Source: a bacterium (GTDB lineage: Bacteria; Blakebacterota; Blakebacteria; Blakebacterales; Blakebacteraceae). From it: a stretch of 51,497 bases of DNA. The first letter of the stretch is position 1, and each line of letters begins with the position of its first letter. The notes below the pieces were generated by a model. The model saw nothing but the letters and a program-made list of their open reading frames with translations. It had not been told where the DNA came from and ran no database searches. Where the stretch lies: NCBI GenBank assembly GCA_025774615.1, contig JALGVQ010000004.1:1-51497 (forward strand), read 5' to 3'. Both the position numbers and the translations under genes were made by a program. Below are positions 11,401 through 21,584 of this stretch, piece after piece.

Positions 11401-11875
11401 CACCACCATCAGCCGCAAGACCGACCGGAAGGGCAAAGCGATGGCCTTTGTCGGCATCGAGGACTTCACCGGTTCAGGTGAAGCGATCATATTCAGCGAT
11501 CCATATGAAAAACACGCTGAACTGATCCGTGAGGAGAACATGATCCTCATCAAGGGAAAACTGTCGATCAGGGAGGGTGAGGCGCCGAAAGTACTGGCAG
11601 ATGAGATCATTCCGCTGGAAGATGCACGGATTCGATTGACAGAACGGCTGCACCTCCTGATTGTCACTGATGAGGGTCCGGATATGGCGGGCAGGGCCAT
11701 GGAGGTGCTGAGAAAGCATCCGGGCACTGTTCCGGTGTATCTGCATATCGAACATGGTGAGGAAGGCCCGCTCCTGAAGATGAAAGCGCATGAGATCAGA
11801 GTGAGCCCCACTATCGAGGTGCTCGAACAGCTGAAATCCATACTGGGTGAAGAGAATGTGTGGGTCAGTACCTGA
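8435..11875 (+). CDS. dnaE: DNA polymerase III alpha subunit
   Basis: 1146 aa with an N-terminal PHP domain (FVHLHVHSQYSLLDGA), polymerase core motifs (PDIDIDF) and a C-terminal OB-fold region. Confidence 0.95.
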   Translation: MSTPPFVHLHVHSQYSLLDGACRTEEMIAEADRLGMEALALTDHGVLFGAIEFYKNAMKTDVKPIIGCEVYVAPGDRRDKRVQQGEKSSHLILLARDQVGYQNLMYLSSMGFLEGFYYRPRVDKALLRERSEGLIACSSCLQGEVSMLNVQGRPKDAKRAALEYQEIFGEGNFFLEIQNHDIEDEKRNIDAMISLSRELDIPLVATNDVHFMKPEHAESHEVLLCVQTGKTLLDPDRMHSNPQLFFRTQEEMANLFAGLPESLENTSAIAKKCNLLLEFGEMHLPRYPLPHGFKTLPEFLRHSTYEGARKRYSEIDETVEERLEYELKTIEQMGFPGYFLVVADFTRQARTMGIPVGPGRGSAAGSLVSYCLGITDIDPLAYDLLFERFLNPERVSMPDIDIDFCYERRSEIIRYVVEKYGEESVAQIITFGTMAARAAVRDVGRVMGLPYSEVDRLAKLVPEEIGIKLQDAISRESALQDAIASDDQCKRLFEHARVLEGLARHASTHAAGVVIAPGALTDYVPLYKGSKGEITTQYNMNRVEDVGLLKVDFLGLRTLTVLHDATELIKQHHDVTIILSDIDLEDTTTFDLFSRGETIGIFQFESSGMRDYLRKLRPGCLEDLIAMNALYRPGPLGANMVDDFIDRKNGKKRIQYDHPLLEPILKSTYGIIVYQEQVMRIASELAGFTLGEADLLRRAMGKKKAEVMEEQRELFLSGAQKRGVERKIAEDVFEQIAYFAGYGFNRSHSAGYAIIAWQTGYLKAHYPAHFMAASLSSEMSNSDRIVILIEECRRLGITVAPPDLNESNEKFTVTGVQTIRFGLGAVKNVGHSAIEAILLARSEHGEFRTFRDFLEHTDLKSVNRRVVESLISAGACDGLGGHRAQLLVAAGRELEGAQKRQADRDRGQVSLFEQGPDDHDFISLNAALPDVTEWAVHEQLSREKDALGFYVSGHPMERFRDEVNSFTSGGLGELAERVDGKPIIVAGVITTISRKTDRKGKAMAFVGIEDFTGSGEAIIFSDPYEKHAELIREENMILIKGKLSIREGEAPKVLADEIIPLEDARIRLTERLHLLIVTDEGPDMAGRAMEVLRKHPGTVPVYLHIEHGEEGPLLKMKAHEIRVSPTIEVLEQLKSILGEENVWVST

Positions 11876-12371
11876 CAGAAAAACAGCCGCGCGGTTCGTG
11901 ACCATCCTCTTGCTGGCGATGCTCTCGTCGTGCGCGTATTCCTTCAGTTCCGGTCTCCCTTCACATATCAAGAGTGTTGCTGTTCCTCTTTTCACCAATG
12001 AGACGAATGAATTCGGTATCGCCGAGGAGGTGAGCGACCGGCTGGTATCAGCGCTCGTGCGTGATGGCACCCTGCGTGTCGTTGCCGATGAGAGCGAGGC
12101 GTCTTCAGTCATACTGGGCACCATCCGGGTGTATACGGAAGAACCCTTTTCGTACAATTCGAATGAAGAAGTAGACCAGTACATCATCCGCATCACGACA
12201 GAAGTACGATTCCACGATCGGGTCAAGGATGAGGTGCTCTGGGAATCCTCTCGGGTATTCGCGTCCGCGACGTATCCGAACGAAGGGCCGGCCGAACGGA
12301 CCACCGGGCTTGGTGAGGTGATCGATCTGGTCGTCGAGGAGATTCTGAACGGTATCGTCGCCGGTTGGTGA
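11847..12371 (+). CDS. LptE-like LPS-assembly lipoprotein
   Basis: Signal peptide with lipobox (LLLAMLSSC), then an LptE-family-like pattern (IKSVAVPLFTNETNEFGIAEEVSDRLVSAL). Start is ambiguous between GTG 11847 and ATG 11856, and both overlap the end of dnaE. Confidence 0.55.
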   Translation: MKRMCGSVPDRKTAARFVTILLLAMLSSCAYSFSSGLPSHIKSVAVPLFTNETNEFGIAEEVSDRLVSALVRDGTLRVVADESEASSVILGTIRVYTEEPFSYNSNEEVDQYIIRITTEVRFHDRVKDEVLWESSRVFASATYPNEGPAERTTGLGEVIDLVVEEILNGIVAGW

Positions 12372-12382
12372 AACAGAGCCGC

Positions 12383-13753
12383 ATGCATCTGGTGAAAACG
12401 ACAACATATTTGCTGCGTGACTTGACACCGCTACGCGGCTGCCTGCTCTCTGCAGCGTGTGCTCTCCTGTTCACTGCAGGGTGCGCTCTCAACAGTCCGA
12501 ATCATCCTGAACTGCCCGGTCCCATGACCGACTGGATTGAGACCGATGTCTCACTTGCTCTCTTTCGACCGTCTGAAGGCTCTGATTACCTGCTCCATGT
12601 CCACGTATCCTTTCCCCGAGCACGTCTCTTCTTCCTTCGCCGGCAGTCGGGATCGGCTGAGATCTGGCGGGCCCAGTATGAATGGCGGGTCGTCATCCGT
12701 GAACGGAATGCCCTCGGGCGGGGGGGTGGTGTGTATGTCGACACGATCGAACTGTATGAGGAACTGCAGGTATCCGATCCGAACGAGAGGGTCAGGCTCT
12801 TTCAGCAGGTTACGCTTCCACCGGGCCATTACCGGGTCGAAGTGATCGTATCCGACCGGCACTCCGTACGAAGTGGCAGAGAACAGCAGGAAGTGATAGC
12901 CGCCCCCTGGCGGGCGGGAGAACCGGGACTCAGTCAGATCGAGATGCTCGATCCGGGGATCGGGCGTCATGAAAGATCCTTTCGGGAGGTGCATGAGGCC
13001 CACGCCGGGGAAGTGTTGTCAACACTGCGAAATCCTGAAGACGCATCTGTCGTGGCGTTCCTCTTCGAGACCTATGACATACCGGCTGGTTCATCGATCG
13101 TATATCGACTCATCTCAGATGACGGCAACGAGGCGCTGAGTCGCCAGGGATTGACACCTCTGGGATCGATGACGATTCGGGATACCCTTTCAACCTTCGG
13201 TCTTGAGGAGGGAAGGTACAGTCTTCAGCTGCAGCTCGAAGGCCCTGGTGACCTTTCGCTGACTGAGAACCGGACGATCCGTATCCACCGTCCACTGTTT
13301 GCCTGGGGAGATGATCTGGAGACCACGAAGGCCCAGCTTTCACTCTTTGCCGGGCAGGATGCGGTTGATGTTCTAGAAGCCCTCCCGAGCGCCGGGCGGC
13401 GTGCTTTTCTTGACAGCATCTGGAACTCGCTCGATCCGACACCCGATACCGGGAAGAACGAAGTCCGGGATGAGTTCATCCGTCGTCTGCGATATGCAGA
13501 CGATGAGTGGAGAAGCGGATCGCGTCGGGGCTGGGATGTAGATATTGGCAGGATCTACATCGCATTCGGTGAACCTGACGAGATTCTCGATGAACGCCAG
13601 ACTCCGATGCAGGCCAGACCGCTCGAGGAGCCACGCCAGATCATTGTCAGGAAATGGATCTATCGTGAATCTGCCGTCACGTTCGTATTCATGTATGAAC
13701 CTGAACGCGGCTGGATACTCGACCGGGAGAGATCGAACACCATTCCACCATGA
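12383..13753 (+). CDS. Putative lipoprotein with a GWxTD-like C-terminal domain
   Basis: Signal/lipobox region ([14 protein letters not shown]). The C-terminal segment [21 protein letters not shown] resembles the GWxTD domain core (GWxTDRGRvYIxyGpPDei). ATG 12383 is preferred over the TTG at 12365. Confidence 0.55.
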   Translation: MHLVKTTTYLLRDLTPLRGCLLSAACALLFTAGCALNSPNHPELPGPMTDWIETDVSLALFRPSEGSDYLLHVHVSFPRARLFFLRRQSGSAEIWRAQYEWRVVIRERNALGRGGGVYVDTIELYEELQVSDPNERVRLFQQVTLPPGHYRVEVIVSDRHSVRSGREQQEVIAAPWRAGEPGLSQIEMLDPGIGRHERSFREVHEAHAGEVLSTLRNPEDASVVAFLFETYDIPAGSSIVYRLISDDGNEALSRQGLTPLGSMTIRDTLSTFGLEEGRYSLQLQLEGPGDLSLTENRTIRIHRPLFAWGDDLETTKAQLSLFAGQDAVDVLEALPSAGRRAFLDSIWNSLDPTPDTGKNEVRDEFIRRLRYADDEWRSGSRRGWDVDIGRIYIAFGEPDEILDERQTPMQARPLEEPRQIIVRKWIYRESAVTFVFMYEPERGWILDRERSNTIPP

Positions 13754-15198
13754 GCACCATCGAAAGGGGCAGCCCACCCATGGGATTCACTCCGCAAGAC
13801 GTCCTCAATATCGTCAGTGAGAACGATGTACAGCTGATCGACCTGAAGTTCCAGGATTTTCCCGGCCTGTGGCAGCATTTCACGGTGCCGGCACCCAATC
13901 TCGATGAAGGTTCCTTCGAAGAGGGGTTCGGCATCGATGGATCGAGTCTCCGTGGATGGCAGAAGATCTTCGAGAGCGACATGCTCGTCATCCCCGACCC
14001 CGACACCGCAATGCTCGATCCCTTTTATGACGCAACGACGCTGAGCCTGATCTGTGACATCTACGATCCGGTGACGAAGGAACGGTACAGTCGATGCCCG
14101 CGCTATATCGCCAGCAAGGCTGAAGCGTATCTGCAGAGCACCGGGATCGCCGATACCGCCTATATCGGCCCGGAAGCGGAATTTTTCCTGCTCGATAATG
14201 TTCAATACGAATCGCGGATGCACCGAGCCTCCTATGCGGTTGACAGCAAAGAGGGTATCTGGAACAGCGGTCAGGAAGAGGACCCGAACCTGGGAAACAA
14301 GCCGCGACGGGGAGAGGGGTACTTTCCGGTCCCGCCCCATGACAGCATGGCGAATATCCGGAATGAGATGGTGCAGGTGATGCTCGCGATGGGACTCGAA
14401 GTCGAAGCCGCCCATCATGAGGTAGCGACGGGAGGACAGATGGAGATCGATCTCCGCTTCGGCTCCCTGCTGGCTACTGCCGACAACATGATGATCTACA
14501 AATACGTGGTGAAGAATGTGGCCAGGCGGCACAACAAGACGGTCACCTTCATGCCGAAACCGCTCTACGGGGACAACGGTTCGGGCATGCACGTTCACGT
14601 CAGCCTCTGGAACGGGGATACGCCACTCTTCTATGGGGAGAATTACGCGAACCTGAGCGAGATGGGGCTCCATTTCATGGGGGGTGTGCTGAACCACGCG
14701 CGCGCGCTTATAGCGCTCACCAATCCGACGACGAACTCATTCCGGCGTCTTGTTCCCGGCTTCGAAGCCCCGGTGAATCTTGCCTACAGTCAGCGCAACC
14801 GTTCGGCGGCGATCCGTATTCCGGTCTACAGCAGGAAGCCGGAAACAAAGCGGATCGAATTCCGCTGTCCTGATCCATCGAGCAATCCCTATCTGGCGTT
14901 CACCGCTATCCTGATGGCGGGTCTCGACGGGATCCAGAACAAGACCGACCCGGGTGAGCCGCTCGACAAGAACATCTACGACCTGCCGCCTGAGGAACTG
15001 GCCAGCGTACCGTCTACGCCCGCCAGTCTGGAGGAAGCTCTGGAGTGCCTCAGAGACGATCATGAATTTCTGCTCAAGGGGGATGTCTTCACGCAGGATA
15101 TCGTGAATACATGGATCGAATACAAGATGACCAATGAGGTCCGTGAGATGCGTCTGCGTCCTCATCCATACGAATTCTCTCTCTACTACGACGTGTGA
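13750..15198 (+). CDS. glnA: Glutamine synthetase, type I
   Basis: GS-I beta-grasp and catalytic domains ([28 protein letters not shown]). The adenylylation-site motif [10 protein letters not shown] is present, with its Tyr codon at 14977..14979. Confidence 0.95.
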   Translation: MSTIERGSPPMGFTPQDVLNIVSENDVQLIDLKFQDFPGLWQHFTVPAPNLDEGSFEEGFGIDGSSLRGWQKIFESDMLVIPDPDTAMLDPFYDATTLSLICDIYDPVTKERYSRCPRYIASKAEAYLQSTGIADTAYIGPEAEFFLLDNVQYESRMHRASYAVDSKEGIWNSGQEEDPNLGNKPRRGEGYFPVPPHDSMANIRNEMVQVMLAMGLEVEAAHHEVATGGQMEIDLRFGSLLATADNMMIYKYVVKNVARRHNKTVTFMPKPLYGDNGSGMHVHVSLWNGDTPLFYGENYANLSEMGLHFMGGVLNHARALIALTNPTTNSFRRLVPGFEAPVNLAYSQRNRSAAIRIPVYSRKPETKRIEFRCPDPSSNPYLAFTAILMAGLDGIQNKTDPGEPLDKNIYDLPPEELASVPSTPASLEEALECLRDDHEFLLKGDVFTQDIVNTWIEYKMTNEVREMRLRPHPYEFSLYYDV

Positions 15199-17840
15199 GC
15201 GACGCATCCTCCACATCAGTGCGGGATATCAGGGCCCGGTTCGAGGAGGACCGGGCCCATCTTGTTGCGCGTCATCACCGCGGTGATGGGGGTGGTGTGA
15301 TCATACGGGCATTCTGTCGGCTTGTGGATGCCACTCTCAGTACCATCTGCCCGCTCTTCTTCGATGAATCGGATGAGATCGCGGTGATAGCCACGGGCGG
15401 ATACGGCAGAGGTGAACTGGCTTTCGGATCAGATGTAGATCTTTCACTGGTCCACCTCTCCTCCACGCCTCCAGAGGGGATCAAGCGGTTCATCCAGTCA
15501 CTCTGGGACCTCGGCTGGGAGATCGGACACCAGGTCGTGACACCGGACCAGGCAGTGACGCTCGCGACCGGAGACCGGGAGACCCTGACAGCGCATCTCG
15601 AGATGCGCACCATCTGGGGGAGGGATGGGATCGTTGAGGGACTTGACGAGACCATACGTCGAGATGTGCTTCGACCGCGGCTCGACGATTATCTCTCGGG
15701 AAAGGTGAACGAACTGCGCAGCCGGCACGCACTGGCCGGAGACACCGTCTACCTCTCCGAACCCGATGTGAAACGGGGGCCTGGTGGCCTGCGGGATATG
15801 CATACCCTTCTCTGGTTGAGCAATGCCTCCGGTGGACCGAAGGACTGGCGATCCTACCTGGCCGATCAGCAGCTGGAAGCTGTTGAGTACAGCCGTATCC
15901 AGGGGGGGTACGACCTGACCTGGCGCGTGCGTAACTCGCTCCATCTCCAGAAGGGCAGGGCCTGGGATCGCCTCGATCATCAGAGCCAATCCGATATCGC
16001 GCTCAGGGAGGGATATACGGCAGGAGATGGGCGTCTGCCGGTAGAACTGTTCATGCGCGATTATTATCGGGCAAGCTGGGAGATCTACGCTTTCACCGCT
16101 CTTCAGCTGGCACGCGCAGGCTGGGAACCACGCTCAGGCAGTGCCACGTCCCTGACAGTATTGAAACCGGGTAACGGTGACGCGACAGAATGGCCGACCG
16201 ATGAATTGATGACCCGGCCCCTCTCGCTCATTGATCGATTCATCACGCTGACGCGCACTGGTTCCGGGCTCGGTCCCGCGACGGCCGCCTTCCTCTACCG
16301 ACAGGGAGAACGACTCGGTGGAGCCATCAGGCAGGCCGAAGAACATGGCCGGCTGTTCATGGCGCTTCTCGAAGAACCGGGGGTCGCATGGGCGCTGCAC
16401 GCCATGCATCAGCTGGGGATCCTGGGGGGCATCCTGCCCGAGTTCAACAGGCTCACCGCCCTGGTCCAGTTCGATCCATACCACCAGTACACCGTGGATG
16501 AGCACTCCCTGAGGATGCTCGATGCCCTCGAGATGCTGCTCGAGGTGCCGGACAAGATGGCGGACGGGATAGCGAATAAAGAGAGCGGCACCGCCCTCAT
16601 CGGCGGGATGGCAGGGCGGGTCGCGGCGGTGGTGCCCGAGATACCCATCGGGCAGTGGTATCCCACCCGGCGTGAAGCAGCGATTCTCCGGCTGGTCTTC
16701 CTCTATCACGACATCGGAAAGGGGACCGGAACGGGGAATCACTCGGAGCGGGGGGCGCGGACACTGCGCAATGCGGGCAGGCGACTCGGGCTGGAGGAAG
16801 CCGAGCTCGAACTGGCCGTATTCCTGGTGCGGCATCACCTGCTGCTCAATACCGCGGCCCAGCGGCGGGATATCCGCGATGAGGCGCTGCTGAAAAGGAT
16901 GTGCCGCCTGATCCGTTCGCCCGAGCGGCTGCACCTTCTCGCGATCGTGACGATCGCTGATCTGGCTGCTCTCAATCCCACCGTACTCACGCCGTGGAAG
17001 TGCCGCCTGCTGGCTGATCTGGTGGAGAATATCCAGCGGATGATGGCCGGAGAGGATCTGAGGCTGATTGCAGTGCGTGACGGACTGGAACAAGCGGATA
17101 TCGGACCTGATGAGAGAGAGCAGGCGCTCAGGTTCCTGGAATCGATGCCGCCGGAATACCGGCGGGATGTCGAGGTGAAGACAGTTTCCTCTGATGGCAG
17201 ACTCCTCGACAGGTTCATCGAATCTGCCGATGCTCAAGGTGCCTGTGTGATCGATATCCGGCACGGCAGGGAGAACTCCGGGGTGACCATCGTCGCGAAT
17301 GACCAGGAACGGCTGGTGAGTCATATCTGCGGTCTGCTGGCGGCTCACGACGTCACGATCCTTCACGCGCGGATAATCACCCGCCTCGATGGACTGATAT
17401 TCGACAGGTTCACGGTCGCTGACGCGGCCTCAGGCCTCAGGATGACCGACGAACAGGAACGATCGATAGTGGAGAAGCTCCCCGGGGTGCTGGATGGAAG
17501 TATCGATGTGGAGAGACTCCTTGAGGATCATCGGGTGCGCTGGAGTCTGCGTGACAGGCAGATCATGGATCACCCGGTCCAGGTCCACCTCGATCCAACT
17601 GCTTCAGATCAGTATACCGTGATCGACATCAGAGCCCGTGATCAGGTGGGCCTGCTGCACGATGTGGCCGCCATCATGGCTGACTTCGGGGTTTCGATCC
17701 ATCAGGCGTTCATCACTACCGAAGGAGAGCGCGCGGTCGATGCCTTCTATGTGACCGATCCCCTCGGCGCGCCGCTCGATGCCGGTTCGAGTACGATCGT
17801 GATCAGTGCGCTCCGCGACGCGCTCATGTCTGATCGGTAA
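15195..17840 (+). CDS. glnD: [Protein-PII] uridylyltransferase / uridylyl-removing enzyme
   Basis: 881 aa. Nucleotidyltransferase motif ([16 protein letters not shown]), HD domain (LYHDIGKG ... RHHLLL) and two C-terminal ACT-like repeats. GTGA overlap with the glnA stop. Confidence 0.9.
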   Translation: MSDASSTSVRDIRARFEEDRAHLVARHHRGDGGGVIIRAFCRLVDATLSTICPLFFDESDEIAVIATGGYGRGELAFGSDVDLSLVHLSSTPPEGIKRFIQSLWDLGWEIGHQVVTPDQAVTLATGDRETLTAHLEMRTIWGRDGIVEGLDETIRRDVLRPRLDDYLSGKVNELRSRHALAGDTVYLSEPDVKRGPGGLRDMHTLLWLSNASGGPKDWRSYLADQQLEAVEYSRIQGGYDLTWRVRNSLHLQKGRAWDRLDHQSQSDIALREGYTAGDGRLPVELFMRDYYRASWEIYAFTALQLARAGWEPRSGSATSLTVLKPGNGDATEWPTDELMTRPLSLIDRFITLTRTGSGLGPATAAFLYRQGERLGGAIRQAEEHGRLFMALLEEPGVAWALHAMHQLGILGGILPEFNRLTALVQFDPYHQYTVDEHSLRMLDALEMLLEVPDKMADGIANKESGTALIGGMAGRVAAVVPEIPIGQWYPTRREAAILRLVFLYHDIGKGTGTGNHSERGARTLRNAGRRLGLEEAELELAVFLVRHHLLLNTAAQRRDIRDEALLKRMCRLIRSPERLHLLAIVTIADLAALNPTVLTPWKCRLLADLVENIQRMMAGEDLRLIAVRDGLEQADIGPDEREQALRFLESMPPEYRRDVEVKTVSSDGRLLDRFIESADAQGACVIDIRHGRENSGVTIVANDQERLVSHICGLLAAHDVTILHARIITRLDGLIFDRFTVADAASGLRMTDEQERSIVEKLPGVLDGSIDVERLLEDHRVRWSLRDRQIMDHPVQVHLDPTASDQYTVIDIRARDQVGLLHDVAAIMADFGVSIHQAFITTEGERAVDAFYVTDPLGAPLDAGSSTIVISALRDALMSDR

Positions 17841-20790
17841 GCGGAAACTCCCTGTCAAAAAGGGCCCGGACCTTTCCGGTCATCTCCGGAAGTGTTCTCA
17901 TGGTCTCTTCGGCTATCACCACTGTCGGGGCGTCTTCATACCACGATGCCGGGACGCGGGTGATATCCCTGCCGAAATGGAGCTGGAGGGCGATCTGGAT
18001 GCTTCGCAGCTGCTGATAGGTGTTCTGCAGGAGGTCGCCCTCCGATGCGGTGAAGGTGCCGGAAGCTGTCAGTGGTCCGATGAGGTCGGGGATATGGGCG
18101 CTCACCGGTCCCGGGCCTTCCCGGCGTCCGGTGGTCAGACCGAGAGCAAGATATTCGATGTCAGCCATCGCACCCGGTGATCGCTTGACGTCGAACAGCT
18201 CATCGCGTGAAACAGTCTGACTCTCCTTCCTGACTTCCTCCTCCTGCAACTGCCTGACCGACCGGAGGGAGGATCGCGTCTCCCGGTCGAGGTGGAAACC
18301 GGCGAGCCAGTCGTCGATGACATCGATAGATTCACTGAGCAGGCTTCTCCTGCCGTAGAACGGTTGAACACGCCGGAGGGCAAGGTATTCCCACAAAGAC
18401 GCGCGTTCATTGAGATATCTCTCCAGGTAGGCGGGGTCGACGCTCGTCGGAGCCGACCGTCCCTCGGGACGGAGCCTCATATCAACGGGGTAGGGGCCGC
18501 CGGGAGGGGAGAGGAGACCGCCTGCGCGAGCGGCAAGTTCCTGTACTGCGGCGCCGGCTCCTTCGCGATGCAGGAAGAGCAGGTCGGCGTCGGAAGCAAA
18601 GGTCATCGATCGAGCCGACAGCGTACCGAGGCTGAGCACAGCCGCCTGCGGCGGGTTGAGGAATTCCCGGAAGTGAACCCCCATGAAACAGCGGATCAGG
18701 TCACGGGCAAGAAGCCCCAGGGTGCTCATCGTCAGGGAAAGATCCCGTTCTCCCGTGATATATGAGAGCCCGGCAGCGAGGAATTCACGGGTGCGGATCG
18801 CTTCCAGGTCACGGACCATCTCACGGCTCGATCCGGCCCGGGCGCGGATCCTTCGCAGTTGACTGACCCGGCTGGTTCTCTCGGCGGCAACCCCGGCTGC
18901 TCCGATGCTGAAGAGACGCTCGAAATGCTCCGGGTGACGGAGAAGGAGATCGGTGAGCAGGTCCCCCGAGGCACAGAGCAGGAGCATTGCCTTGCGTATC
19001 GAGTCCTCTCTGGCGAGGAGTCGTACGTACGCTCCCGGACTCCCGAGCCGACGAAGGATCCGTTCGAGGTTGTTGATGGCCCGGTCGGGGTTGCCTGTCT
19101 CAACCGCGTCTTTAAGAAGTGGTGGAAGGAGGCCGACGAATGCCGCCCACGAATTGGAACCGCCGGCCCTGATGAGGGAGCCGGTCGCGACAAGGACGCG
19201 GTGGCTCTGGGCCGGTTCCCTGAAGCCTCTCTGTTCAAGACGAAGAGCCGCTTCATCGCCGCCCGCCGGCAGGTTCAGAATGCTCTCGACCGGTTCGCCG
19301 GTCACTTCCTCACCGGCACCGGGAAGGAGGGAGTTCAGTACCTCCATGACCGATCCACGCAGGCTGTGGTAACGGGCAAGAAAGCTGTCCGGCTCGGTGA
19401 ATCCCATCAGGCGGGCAACCGCCCTGCGACGATGGGTCCCCTCCGGCAGGGTGAATGTCTGCCGATCTTCCTGCATCTGGAGAACGGTCTCGAGCCTGCG
19501 GAAGAAGCAGTAGGCCTCATCAAGGTGGTCTGCCTCGGACCCGGGGAGCAGGCCCTCCTGCCTGAGGAGATGGATCGATTCCCGGGTCGAGGGATGACGG
19601 ATCACGTCATGTCGGCCTCCGTAGAGGAGTTGGAAGACCTGCACGATAAATTCAACGTCCCGTATCGCCCCCGGAGCGAGTTTCACATGCTCGGTCGAGA
19701 GAGAGGTGCCTTCACGTGCCCGGCGCTCCCTGCGGAGACGGTGGGCCTCCTCTCCCGGATCTCGGGTCGCATGGGTCGGATAGATGAAGGGGACGAGCAG
19801 TTCAAGGAAACGTGAGCCGCTGTTGAGATCACCGGCACAGGGACGGGCCTTGACGAGCATCTGACGCTCCCAGGGAGCGCCCTGGCCCGCGTAATACGAC
19901 TCCATCCACTGCAGACTGCGGACAAGCGGGGCGCGATCACCTCCCGGTCTCAGTCTGAGGTCGACGCGGTAGAGACTCCCTTCGGGAGTATAACGGGTGA
20001 GAGCCTCCACCAGGGCCTCGATGGCCCGCGTCAGGGGGGGCATGATGCGGGCAAGCTCGTTACCGCTGCCGGGTGAGAGGGTGAAGATGAGATCGATATC
20101 ACTGGAGAAGTTGAGTTCACGCCCCCCCAGTTTTCCGAACGCGATAACAGACGGCATCGGCAGATCATCCGGCCAGATCAGGTTCAGCAGGTTCTGGAGG
20201 ATGAGGTCAGCTATATCTGAGAGCGCCCGCCACTCTTCATCAACCTCTGAAAGCCCCAGTGCCGCTCGCGATCCGATCCGGAGCAGTTGCCGTCGCTTCA
20301 ACTGGTTCAGCGCAATAAGGGTCTCTTCGTTGAACTCCTCGCCAGATAATGCGGCGTCGAGGTCGGCGATCGCTTCGACGGCATGCCGGCCACAGCCGCC
20401 CGGAGCGAGGAGCCATGAGAGTGAATCGGGTGAGCGCAGCAGCAGTTCACCGAGGAAGGGGCTCGAGCCGAGAACCCTCAGCGTGGTCAGCACTCTCTCC
20501 CGGTCGGTGAGCAGTTCGCGCAATCCGATGTGCTCATCCAACCGCTGCAGCGCGGTAAGAGCGAGATCGGGATCGGGGGCGACGTTCAGGCCCTCCCTGA
20601 GCGGTTCTGTGTGTTCGAACCAGAATTCAGCGGCGCGACCACTGCCCAGCCGGCTGAGGTTCCGGGCGGCGTTCGGCAGATCGGCAAAGCCCATCTCCTC
20701 GAGAGACGCGAGATTGCTTTGATCCGCTGCGTCATGCCGCAAATAGGGAAGGAGCAGGAGATCGGTCTGCCGGTTCGGAGCTGAATCCAT
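17824..20790 (-). CDS. glnE: Glutamine synthetase adenylyltransferase / adenylyl-removing enzyme
   Basis: Two GlnE nucleotidyltransferase repeats (FGKLGGRELNFSSDIDLIF and LGTLSARSMTFASDADLLF). The track ORF runs to 21096, but that extension overlaps glnB. ATG at 20790..20788 (MDSAPNRQT...) is the first start clear of glnB and gives about 988 aa. Confidence 0.88.
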   Translation of the reverse strand: MDSAPNRQTDLLLLPYLRHDAADQSNLASLEEMGFADLPNAARNLSRLGSGRAAEFWFEHTEPLREGLNVAPDPDLALTALQRLDEHIGLRELLTDRERVLTTLRVLGSSPFLGELLLRSPDSLSWLLAPGGCGRHAVEAIADLDAALSGEEFNEETLIALNQLKRRQLLRIGSRAALGLSEVDEEWRALSDIADLILQNLLNLIWPDDLPMPSVIAFGKLGGRELNFSSDIDLIFTLSPGSGNELARIMPPLTRAIEALVEALTRYTPEGSLYRVDLRLRPGGDRAPLVRSLQWMESYYAGQGAPWERQMLVKARPCAGDLNSGSRFLELLVPFIYPTHATRDPGEEAHRLRRERRAREGTSLSTEHVKLAPGAIRDVEFIVQVFQLLYGGRHDVIRHPSTRESIHLLRQEGLLPGSEADHLDEAYCFFRRLETVLQMQEDRQTFTLPEGTHRRRAVARLMGFTEPDSFLARYHSLRGSVMEVLNSLLPGAGEEVTGEPVESILNLPAGGDEAALRLEQRGFREPAQSHRVLVATGSLIRAGGSNSWAAFVGLLPPLLKDAVETGNPDRAINNLERILRRLGSPGAYVRLLAREDSIRKAMLLLCASGDLLTDLLLRHPEHFERLFSIGAAGVAAERTSRVSQLRRIRARAGSSREMVRDLEAIRTREFLAAGLSYITGERDLSLTMSTLGLLARDLIRCFMGVHFREFLNPPQAAVLSLGTLSARSMTFASDADLLFLHREGAGAAVQELAARAGGLLSPPGGPYPVDMRLRPEGRSAPTSVDPAYLERYLNERASLWEYLALRRVQPFYGRRSLLSESIDVIDDWLAGFHLDRETRSSLRSVRQLQEEEVRKESQTVSRDELFDVKRSPGAMADIEYLALGLTTGRREGPGPVSAHIPDLIGPLTASGTFTASEGDLLQNTYQQLRSIQIALQLHFGRDITRVPASWYEDAPTVVIAEETMRTLPEMTGKVRALFDREFPLTDQT

Positions 20791-20838
20791 GATGGAACAC
20801 AGTACATGCCTGCGGGGTATGCCTGCCACCGGAGTGTC

Positions 20839-20869
20839 ATGCGACGGTTGTTGCGTGACAGGGCACCAG
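20839..20869 (+). promoter_or_regulatory. Conserved 31-nt intergenic element, copy A (function unknown), upstream of glnB
   Basis: ATGCGACGGTTGTTGCGTGACAGGGCACCAG is identical at 30/31 positions to 21554..21584. It contains the hairpin TGTCATGCGAC-GGTT-GTTGCGTGACA. Confidence 0.5.
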
Positions 20870-20883
20870 TATGCATGCAACGC

Positions 20884-20912
20884 TTGTGGCCGGAGAGCTA
20901 TGGAGGTAGACT
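20884..20912 (+). promoter_or_regulatory. Possible sigma70-type promoter for glnB
   Basis: TTGTGG (20884..20889), a 17-nt spacer, then TAGACT (20907..20912, TAnnnT). It lies about 60 nt upstream of the glnB ATG. This is a pattern match only. Confidence 0.25.
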
Positions 20913-20970
20913 CCTTTCCCGTCCGGAAACGGCCCTTTTCCGCCGGCCATCTACCCGGAGTACCGGCTGA

Positions 20971-21309
<339 letters not shown>

Positions 21310-21553
21310 GTACGTCCTCCCGCAGTCTGAAAACAGTGTACTGGCCCGTATCTATCCTCAATCAGTCGAAGATTCCTCTTAACGAGAACACCCCGGTTGT
21401 GTTAATTTCGCACGGGCATGGGTGTCATGTCAGGTGACAAACGTCAGCACCGAGAGTGATGCCGGGCCCGGCCTGCAAGGCGCGGCGACGAGGCATAGCG
21501 GTGGCTATGGCGAGAAGACGAAACGCAGCCGGTCGGGATGCGGCACCGCTCGA

Positions 21554-21584
21554 ATGCGACGGTTGTCGCGTGACAGGGCACCAG
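21554..21584 (+). promoter_or_regulatory. Conserved 31-nt intergenic element, copy B (function unknown), upstream of purN
   Basis: ATGCGACGGTTGTCGCGTGACAGGGCACCAG has one mismatch to copy A. The hairpin core GCGAC-GGTT-GTCGC is a perfect 5-bp inverted repeat here. Confidence 0.5.

Noticed and set aside
20861-20878. A sigma54 (-24/-12) promoter or NtrC-site reading of GGGCACCAGTATGCATGC at the 3' end of element copy A.
   Set aside because: GGCAC and TGCA are separated by 5 nt, whereas the consensus TGGCAC-N5-TTGCA requires 6 nt between GGCAC and TGCA, and sigma54 spacing is strict. Copy B (GGCACCAGCTGTTGAC) has no -12 element. Only one NtrC half-site (GCACCA) is present. The idea is still testable by searching the genome for rpoN and for properly spaced sites.
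20871-20909. A 12-codon mini-ORF (MHATLVAGELWR) starting 1 nt after element copy A.
   Set aside because: It has no Shine-Dalgarno sequence and no equivalent mini-ORF after copy B. It is too short to evaluate, so I treat it as chance unless ribosome profiling says otherwise.
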